A stretch of DNA of 64,000 nucleotides from positions 13,830-77,829 of the forward strand of contig CAZWLL010000001.1 of NCBI GenBank assembly GCA_964634795.1, read 5' to 3'. Under the pieces are notes generated by a model. That model ran no database searches, had not been told where the DNA came from, and saw only the letters and a list, made by a program, of their open reading frames with translations. The translations under genes and the position numbers were made by a program. Below, one piece after another: positions 1 to 6,700 of this stretch (the first letter of the stretch is position 1; every line of letters begins with the position of its first letter). The DNA comes from an uncultured Ruminococcus sp. GTDB taxonomy: Bacteria > Bacillota > Clostridia > Oscillospirales > CAG-272.

Positions 1-219
1 CATTTCCTGCCCGTCAAAGTGCATCTCGGGCAGATTAAGCGGTATGCCCTCCGTCTCGGTCTCCTCCGCATTCTCGATTGTTTCCGATGTATCGGCGTTG
101 GTCTCCGCTGTGAGTGCGTCCGAGACAGATTCGGCATTGCTGCTGCTGCAAGAAACCGAAGAAGTGAGCAGTGCTGCAGTGCATAGAAGCGAGATTATGC
201 TTTGATGTATATGTTTCAT
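1..219 (-). CDS. Secreted lipoprotein, N-terminal fragment (gene runs off the window start); possibly a solute-binding protein
   Basis: The frame is open from ATG at 219 to position 1 (73 codons). An AGGAGA SD (RC of 226-231) lies 6 nt upstream. The N-terminus MKHIHQSIISLLCTAALLTSSVSCSSSN looks like a signal peptide with a lipobox-like Cys, followed by an acidic S/T/E-rich linker. This ORF is not in the ORF track because it is truncated. Confidence 0.6.
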   Translation of the reverse strand, partial: MKHIHQSIISLLCTAALLTSSVSCSSSNAESVSDALTAETNADTSETIENAEETETEGIPLNLPEMHFDGQEM

Positions 220-308
220 GGCTTATCTCCTTTATAAAAAACTTAAATTTAATTTACGTTATTAGAAAAGAGTAACTTTTGTATTCATTTTCTTTAAAAA
301 GATATACC

Positions 309-369
309 AATAAAAAATAGCGCGTAGTTTGATTTGAGAGGATTTAATCCTACAATCAACCTATGCGCT
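309..369 (-). terminator. Intrinsic terminator inside the 5' leader of the lipoprotein gene (attenuator expression platform)
   Basis: The minus strand reads AGCGCATAG-G-TTGATT-GT-AGGA-TTAAA-TCCT-CTCA-AATCAA-A-CTACGCGCT. This is a long imperfect hairpin (9+6+4 bp) followed directly by ATTTTTTATT. There is no T-run on the plus strand, so it is minus-strand specific. It ends about 90 nt before the ATG at 219. Confidence 0.5.
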
Positions 370-453
370 TATGCTTATACGTTTAATCGGATACAGCATT
401 AAACTATGTTTCTCCGATGCATAGGGCATAGGATGAAACATAAATAATACCAT
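361..453 (-). other. Candidate 30-codon leader ORF (MVLFMFHPMPYASEKHSLMLYPIKRISISA) ending inside the terminator 5' arm
   Basis: I translated this by hand from the reverse complement. ATG is at 453, preceded by the SD-like GGTGGTGA 5 nt upstream. The TAG stop (361-363) forms the last 3 nt of the terminator left arm. An ORF this short is not statistically compelling on its own. Confidence 0.25.
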
Positions 454-537
454 ATCAATCACCACCGTTCATTAAATATCCGCCGATATAACGTTATAAG
501 AGATTCATAATAAAAGTCTCTTATCCGTTCATTTTTC

Positions 538-566
538 AGTATAAATTAACGTCACAGCATTGTCAA
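538..566 (-). promoter_or_regulatory. Sigma-A-type promoter TTGACA-17-TATACT driving the long leader and lipoprotein gene
   Basis: The RC of 561-566 is TTGACA and the RC of 538-543 is TATACT, with an exact 17-nt spacer. Confidence 0.6.
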
Positions 567-701
567 TACTGCTTTTCAATAAAATACAAAATCGGCTTAA
601 TGCATGACCTGACGACGTGATTTTTGTGCAAATTATCCATTCAAGCAGTATCAAATCAATCTAAAATGAGAGAATTTTATATCATAAACCTGTATTTTCT
701 C

Positions 702-731
702 TTGACAGCGCCGCGTATTCCATGCTACAAT
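702..731 (+). promoter_or_regulatory. Sigma-A-type promoter TTGACA-18-(TGc)TACAAT for the DUF5107-type gene
   Basis: TTGACA is at 702-707 and TACAAT at 726-731, preceded by TGC (extended -10). An AGGAGG SD at 755-760 precedes the ATG at 766. Confidence 0.65.
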
Positions 732-765
732 AACCAAAATACATTGTGCATAACAGGAGGCAGTT

Positions 766-2760
766 ATGACGCTGACATTTCAGAAAAAACAGTTTGACGC
801 AGCATGGCTGGGAAGTGCAAACGTGCTTCCCACGATTCAGCCTTGGTATCGCGGCAAGGATGAGCCTAAGGTAACGGTTGCGGACGGATTTAGGAAAGAA
901 GAAGGCGAATGGGTCTACCGCGGCAATATTCACACAATTCTTCCCTACACTGCGCTTGATGAGTATGACAGAAACATCGAAAAGCGCGACATGGATGTGG
1001 CGATTCTCGAGAACGAATACCTGCGAGCGACATTCATGCTTGATTTAGGCGGAAGACTCTGGTCGCTATACTCAAAGACAGAAAATCGCGAACTCTTATA
1101 CGAAAACCCGGTGTTCCAACCCGCAAATCTCGCACTTCGCAATGCGTGGTTTTCAGGCGGTGTTGAGTGGAATATCGGTATTATAGGACATCATCCGTAT
1201 ACCTGCAGTCCTATGTTTGCCGCTGAGAGTAAAAACGATAAAGGCGAGCCTGTGCTTGTAATGTACGAATACGAGAGGAAACGCGGTGTAGCGTACAGTG
1301 TCAAGGCTACACTTGCGCGTGACGTACTGCTCATTCATGTAGATATTCAAAACCGCAAGGATACACCGACATGGATGTACTGGTGGAGCAACATCGCCGT
1401 TGACGAAACCGAAGGCAGCCGTGTTCTCGTCCCCGCAAGACAGTCTTACACCTTCAATCGAGGGGATGACGGTGTGACAGTTGTCGGTGCCGAGGATACT
1501 CCGTTTATCGACGGATGGGATTCGAGTTATCCTGCAACTCACAAACGTGCGCGCGATTTCTTCTACAGAATCGATCCCGCACAGCCGAAATGGGAAGCTA
1601 ACGTGGACAAAAACGGCCGCGGCATGGTACAGTTCTCCACACCGGAGCTGGTCGGAAGAAAGCTCTTCGTCTGGGGTGCGGCAAGTCAAGGCGGTAAAAA
1701 CTGGAACCGCTGGCTGTCACACGGCAATACTCGATATACGGAAATCCAGGCTGGTCTTCTCAGAAGCCAGATGGAACAGTGTCAGATGCCTGCACATAGT
1801 GAGTACCAATGGACGGAGGGTTACACTGCATGCTCCGGTGATCCCGCAATCCTGCACGGTACGGATTACGACGCGGCAGACCGTCTCATTGAGGATTCGC
1901 TCAAAGAAAAATATCCGCTTCTGAACGACGGATACTTCAACTTAGTCGGCGAGGCGAAGCTCCGCCATTTCGGCTCAGGTTGGGGTGCGCTTGAGGAAGA
2001 ACTTCGCGGTGAACGGCTGAGCGACGACCCGACCGTTGTATTTCCCGCGACCTCTGTGCGTGACGAGAGTGATATAGCCATGCTGCTTGCCACAGGTCAT
2101 CTTCCCGCACACGACCCTGCGGATACCGACATTTCATACGTATCAGGTGAAAAGTACATTCATCTTCTCGAGGAAAGCGGTGACCGTGACTGGTACACGA
2201 TGCTTCTGTTGGGCTGCGCGTATTACGAGGCAGAGCGTTATGACGAGGCAAAAGCAGCTTTCCATGCCTCAGTAGACGCTAAGGAAAACTTTATTGCCTG
2301 CAGCTGTCTCGCATGGATGTGCATTGCGGATGATAAAAAAGAGGAAGGCAGAGAATGGATGCACCGCTCGGAAAAGCTCGGCAGAGGATATCCGCGCAGT
2401 CTCATTAATGTGGTTAAATTCTTCAAGCGGTACGGTACAAACGAAGAGGTCTGTGCAATCATTGAAAATGCCGCGGACGAAGCCCGCGCTCAAGGCAGAA
2501 TCCGCATGTATTATGCCGACAGCCTGACACAGCTTGGCAGATTGGACGAAGCACGTGAAATTGTAACCGAAAATCTGATTGTACCCGATATGCAGGAAGG
2601 TGAGAATACTACGTTCAAGCTTTGGTGCGATCTATACGCTCGAATTATAGCACGCGATGAGAACCGCCCGCTCGATGAAATCAAAACAAAGGAAGTACTT
2701 GAAAAGTACCCGATTCCTGCCGGAATTGATTTCCGCATGGGTGACTACGACGTGCATTAA
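766..2760 (+). CDS. DUF5107-type N-terminal domain fused to C-terminal TPR-like repeats; function unknown
   Basis: 664 aa. The segment LENEYLRATFMLDLGGRLWSL...NAWFSGGVEWNIGIIGHHPYTCSPMF matches my memory of the DUF5107 core (E. coli YphG-like). The C-terminal third is helical and TPR-like (LLLGCAYYEAERYDEAKAAF...). A strong SD is present and there is no signal peptide. Confidence 0.75.
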   Translation: MTLTFQKKQFDAAWLGSANVLPTIQPWYRGKDEPKVTVADGFRKEEGEWVYRGNIHTILPYTALDEYDRNIEKRDMDVAILENEYLRATFMLDLGGRLWSLYSKTENRELLYENPVFQPANLALRNAWFSGGVEWNIGIIGHHPYTCSPMFAAESKNDKGEPVLVMYEYERKRGVAYSVKATLARDVLLIHVDIQNRKDTPTWMYWWSNIAVDETEGSRVLVPARQSYTFNRGDDGVTVVGAEDTPFIDGWDSSYPATHKRARDFFYRIDPAQPKWEANVDKNGRGMVQFSTPELVGRKLFVWGAASQGGKNWNRWLSHGNTRYTEIQAGLLRSQMEQCQMPAHSEYQWTEGYTACSGDPAILHGTDYDAADRLIEDSLKEKYPLLNDGYFNLVGEAKLRHFGSGWGALEEELRGERLSDDPTVVFPATSVRDESDIAMLLATGHLPAHDPADTDISYVSGEKYIHLLEESGDRDWYTMLLLGCAYYEAERYDEAKAAFHASVDAKENFIACSCLAWMCIADDKKEEGREWMHRSEKLGRGYPRSLINVVKFFKRYGTNEEVCAIIENAADEARAQGRIRMYYADSLTQLGRLDEAREIVTENLIVPDMQEGENTTFKLWCDLYARIIARDENRPLDEIKTKEVLEKYPIPAGIDFRMGDYDVH

Positions 2761-2793
2761 ACATAACACATTTTTCTTACTTTGAAATACCGC

Positions 2794-2831
2794 AAAAGCC
2801 TATCGATGATTTTTCTTCGATAGGCTTTTTT
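2794..2831 (+). terminator. Rho-independent terminator after the DUF5107-type gene
   Basis: The stem AAAAGCCTATCGA (2794-2806) / TCGATAGGCTTTT (2817-2829) is followed by a T-run. Confidence 0.8.
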
Positions 2832-2988
2832 CTGCTGTTACGGTGCTCATTTTCCGTTATACTTTGAATTAATTATCGTAAACGTTACCGCATACAAAGT
2901 TTATGTTATATGGAATCTTTCAAACATGTGAAAAAACAATTATTTCATAACAATCTCATTTAATATTCTATTTTTTCACGTTTTATAG

Positions 2989-3018
2989 TTGACATTTTCA
3001 CGTTAAATATGTTAAAAT
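2989..3018 (+). promoter_or_regulatory. Sigma-A-type promoter TTGACA-18-(TGt)TAAAAT for the deoR-family gene, probably the whole dehydrogenase operon
   Basis: TTGACA is at 2989-2994 and TGTTAAAAT at 3010-3018. TTTTCACG repeats flank and overlap the -35 box. Confidence 0.55.
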
Positions 3019-3075
3019 GTATTCATAAGGTTATTATCATTTTCTTCATTTCACATTTTATATTATCTAAGGAGC

Positions 3076-3861
3076 ATGAGCAAAGTGTATAATGAAAGAC
3101 GAGAACAAATCCGCGCCCTCCTTCAGACAAAACCGTTTATTTCAATAAAGGAACTCGAAGAACTTTTTCCCGATGTTTCGGGAATGACTCTCAGACGCGA
3201 CATAGAATATTTTGAAAGAGAACACGAAGCTATAAAGGTACGCGGCGGTGCGAGAAGCATGCGCTTTATTACAACTCAAACCGATGGCACCATTGCTTCA
3301 CGTAAACAGGAAAATATACATTCCAAAGACTCGATTGCACAAAGAGCTGCTGCTTTACTTGAAACCGGACGCTCGATATTCTTGGATTCAGGCTCTACTC
3401 TTCAGCACATTACTCAATATGTGCCGAATGAAAGATTTACATTTACTACAACCGACCCCACACTTGCGCTTGAGTTATGCAAAATCGGTCTTCCGCTTGT
3501 AAATCTTGTCGGAGGAAGGCTCGACCATGACAATCAAACGATCACGGGATTGCAGGCTACTCATTTTCTCACCGACATTAACATTGACATTGCTTTTCTG
3601 TCTCCCTCTGGACTATCCGCAAGGAGCGGCTTCACAGTCGGTAATTACAGCGAATGCGAACTCAAACGCATAGTAGTCGAAAAAGCTCGCCTTGTGGTTA
3701 TGCTGATGGATTCATCAAAAATAGATAAGTCTTTGCCGTACACTTTCGCAAGCTTTTCAGACATCGATTTATTAATAACAAACGCTCCGCTTCCAATCGA
3801 ATTGACACAAGTCGCAGCGGAACAAAAGGTAACCGTTATAAACGTGAACGACGTTCAATAA
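3076..3861 (+). CDS. DeoR/GlpR-family transcriptional regulator
   Basis: 261 aa. The N-terminal HTH (ISIKELEELFPDVSGMTLRRDIEYFE) is followed by a DeoR C-terminal sugar-phosphate sensor-like domain (IFLDSGSTLQHI...AFLSPSGLS). An AAGGAG SD lies upstream. Confidence 0.9.
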   Translation: MSKVYNERREQIRALLQTKPFISIKELEELFPDVSGMTLRRDIEYFEREHEAIKVRGGARSMRFITTQTDGTIASRKQENIHSKDSIAQRAAALLETGRSIFLDSGSTLQHITQYVPNERFTFTTTDPTLALELCKIGLPLVNLVGGRLDHDNQTITGLQATHFLTDINIDIAFLSPSGLSARSGFTVGNYSECELKRIVVEKARLVVMLMDSSKIDKSLPYTFASFSDIDLLITNAPLPIELTQVAAEQKVTVINVNDVQ

Positions 3862-3942
3862 TGTAGGGTACTGCCGCAAAGCTCGGCGGTTTCGAATATA
3901 AACCATATTTTCAAATATTATACGAAAGGAATTATATATAAC

Positions 3943-5277
3943 ATGGCAAACGTTATCAACATGCCGCGCCAAGGTCAAAGCGTTGAATCCTGTATTATTA
4001 CAACCTGGCATAAGAAAAAAGGCGACCGTGTCGAAGTCGGTGACATTCTTTTCTCTTATGAAACGGATAAAAGTGCTTTTGATGAACCATCTCAGGTTGC
4101 GGGAACAGTTCTTGCTGTTTTAGCCGAAGAAGGTGACATCGTTCCCTGTCTTGAAGCTGTATGCATTATCGGAGAAGAAGGAGAAGATATTTCGTCTCTT
4201 CTCAAAAACGATGACAAATCGGCAGCATCCGCAGCTGAAGCAAAAGACTCCGAAAATACCGCAGAAGCAAAAGAAGCTGAAAGCACCGCTAAGGAGCTCA
4301 GCGGCGAGAGAATATTTATTTCTCCAAGAGCTCGTCATCTCGCTCTTAAAACCGGTGTCGACATGACAAAGGTTATCCCGACAGGACCTCATGGAAGAAT
4401 AATCGAAAGAGACATCAACAAAGCTCTCGATGCAGGATATGTTTCCACAACATCCGCTGTTGAGGATTACCTCGCAGGTAAGGTTACGGTTGATGCATCT
4501 GCCGAGGAAAGTGCGGTAGTCGCAGTCCAGAAGGAAACCGCTGTTTCTTCCGACGTTAAGGTAATAGAAGAAACCATTATCGATGACTTCAGAGCATATG
4601 ACGAAGAGCCTCTTTCGAACGTTCGCAAGGTAATAGCACGCACTATGCATGCTTCTCTCTCCGAAATGGCTCAGCTTACTCTTAATTCTTCGTTTGACGC
4701 GACAAACCTTCTCGCATATCGCGCTAAGCTCAAGGAAAAAGGCGAAAACTTCGGCTTATCGAAGATAACAATCAATGATATGGTTCTCTTTGCGGTAGCG
4801 AAGATTTTACCGAAATATCCCGAAATCAACGCAAATCTTGTAGGCGAAACATTCCGTAAGTACAAGCACGCTAACGTCGGTATGGCTGTTGATACAGAAC
4901 GCGGACTCTTGGTTCCCGTTATTTTCGGCGCTGAAAAGCTTTCTCTTGCGGCAATATCAGCTCAGACAAAAGTTCTTGCAGGCAAAGCTCGTGAAGGCAA
5001 ATGCACTCCCGATGAAATGTCAGGCGGCAGCTTCACAGTCTCCAACCTCGGTTCAATGGGTATAGAATCCTTCACTCCTGTTATTAATCCTCCGCAGACC
5101 GCAATTCTCGGTGTTTGCTGCACTACAAACAGACTTAAAGCTGACGGAAAAGTATATCCCGCAATGGGACTTTCACTTACATTCGACCATAGAGCAGTAG
5201 ACGGCGCTCCCGCTGCGAAATTCCTCAAAGAATTATGCGACACGCTTGAAAACTTTGATCTTATTCTTGCAAAGTGA
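3943..5277 (+). CDS. Dihydrolipoamide acyltransferase (E2) of a 2-oxoacid/acetoin dehydrogenase complex
   Basis: 444 aa. It has a lipoyl domain with the ETDKS lipoyl-lysine motif, an Ala/Glu-rich linker, and an E3-binding domain (ISPRARHLALKTGVDMTKVIPTGPHGRIIERDI). The catalytic domain carries DHRAVDGA. Confidence 0.93.
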   Translation: MANVINMPRQGQSVESCIITTWHKKKGDRVEVGDILFSYETDKSAFDEPSQVAGTVLAVLAEEGDIVPCLEAVCIIGEEGEDISSLLKNDDKSAASAAEAKDSENTAEAKEAESTAKELSGERIFISPRARHLALKTGVDMTKVIPTGPHGRIIERDINKALDAGYVSTTSAVEDYLAGKVTVDASAEESAVVAVQKETAVSSDVKVIEETIIDDFRAYDEEPLSNVRKVIARTMHASLSEMAQLTLNSSFDATNLLAYRAKLKEKGENFGLSKITINDMVLFAVAKILPKYPEINANLVGETFRKYKHANVGMAVDTERGLLVPVIFGAEKLSLAAISAQTKVLAGKAREGKCTPDEMSGGSFTVSNLGSMGIESFTPVINPPQTAILGVCCTTNRLKADGKVYPAMGLSLTFDHRAVDGAPAAKFLKELCDTLENFDLILAK

Positions 5278-5286
5278 GGATAAACA

Positions 5287-6663
5287 ATGGCTGAAAATAA
5301 ATTTGATATAATTATTATAGGCGGCGGTCCCGGTGGTTATAACGCAGCCGAAAGAGCGGCTCACGGCGGACTTAAAACCGCGCTTTTCGAAGAACGTGCT
5401 CTCGGCGGTGTTTGCCTTAATGAAGGCTGCATACCGACAAAAACACTTCTCTATTCCGCAAAAATACTGGATTATGCCAATCACGGCGAAAAATACGGAG
5501 TTACAGTAGACAACGCAAAGCTTGATCACGCTAAGGTTGTTGAAAGAAAAGGCAAGGTCGTAAAAACTCTCGTTTCCGGCGTTGCGGCTAAAATGAAAGG
5601 TGCGGGTGTTACCGTGATTAACGGTACCGCACATATCAAAGAAAAAACTCCCGTCGGATTTATCGTTGAGTGTGACGGAAATCTTTACGAATCCACATAC
5701 CTTCTCATCTGCACAGGTTCAGAGGCGTTTATTCCGCCGGTTAACGGACTCCGTGAAGCATATGAGGCAGGCTTTGCCGTAACAAACCGTGAAATACTCG
5801 ACATAACCACACTTCCGAAGAAAATCACGGTAATCGGCGGCGGCGTTATCGGTCTTGAAATGGCATCATACTTCAATTCCGTCGGATGCGAGGTTTATGT
5901 TGTAGAGATGATGGATAAAATCGCAGGCCCTACCGATAAAGAAATATCATCGTTACTCGAGAAAAATTACACAAAGAAAGGTGTTAAGTTTATACTCAAC
6001 GCCAAGGTAACAACTGTAGACAAGAGCGGATATGTCGAATACGAAAAAGACGGTAAGGTTGAACGCATCGACTGTGACATCGCTCTGGTATCTACCGGCA
6101 GACGTGCACGTACCAAAGGAATCGGACTCGAAGAGGTAGGAGTACAGCTCAACAGAAACGCAATTGTTACCGATGAAAGATGCCGTACCTCTGTACCCGG
6201 CATATGGGCAGCGGGAGATGTAAACGGCAAGATAATGCTTGCTCACACTGCTTACCGTGAAGGTGAGGTAGCGATTAACAATATTCTCGGCAAACCCGAC
6301 AAGGTTGATTACCGCGCTATTCCTTCTGTTATTTACACTAATCCCGAGGTAGGTACTGTAGGTGAAACAATCGACAGTGCAAAGAAAGCAGGATTGGACG
6401 CTGAAGAAATCACACTTTCGCTCAGATACAGCGGACGCTACATTGCCGAAAACGAAGGCGGCGACGGTATCGTTAAGATTGTCTACGGACGTGAGCATCA
6501 TGAAATTCTCGGTGTTCATATGATCGGTTCTTATGCATCCGAAATAATCTACGGTGCAGCGGCTATGGTTGCCAAAGAACAAAGAGTAAGCGATGTTCAG
6601 AAAATCGTATTCCCTCATCCCACAGTTTGTGAAGTAATTCGTGAAGCAATGTTCACTATATGA
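5287..6663 (+). CDS. lpd: Dihydrolipoyl dehydrogenase (E3)
   Basis: 458 aa. It has the FAD motif GGGPGGY, the redox disulfide CLNEGCIPTK, and a C-terminal HPT...E dimer-interface motif. Confidence 0.95.
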   Translation: MAENKFDIIIIGGGPGGYNAAERAAHGGLKTALFEERALGGVCLNEGCIPTKTLLYSAKILDYANHGEKYGVTVDNAKLDHAKVVERKGKVVKTLVSGVAAKMKGAGVTVINGTAHIKEKTPVGFIVECDGNLYESTYLLICTGSEAFIPPVNGLREAYEAGFAVTNREILDITTLPKKITVIGGGVIGLEMASYFNSVGCEVYVVEMMDKIAGPTDKEISSLLEKNYTKKGVKFILNAKVTTVDKSGYVEYEKDGKVERIDCDIALVSTGRRARTKGIGLEEVGVQLNRNAIVTDERCRTSVPGIWAAGDVNGKIMLAHTAYREGEVAINNILGKPDKVDYRAIPSVIYTNPEVGTVGETIDSAKKAGLDAEEITLSLRYSGRYIAENEGGDGIVKIVYGREHHEILGVHMIGSYASEIIYGAAAMVAKEQRVSDVQKIVFPHPTVCEVIREAMFTI

Positions 6664-6700
6664 TAAATAAATTCGTTATAAAATAAAGGAGAAAATAGTC

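Noticed and set aside
346-356. An identical 11-mer, AATCCTACAAT, occurs at 346-356 and at 32600-32610, both next to AGGATT-type inverted repeats. This could be a shared regulatory motif.
   Set aside because: Hundreds of 11-mer coincidences are expected by chance in 64 kb. The flanks do not align, and the two sites have different strand and promoter contexts.
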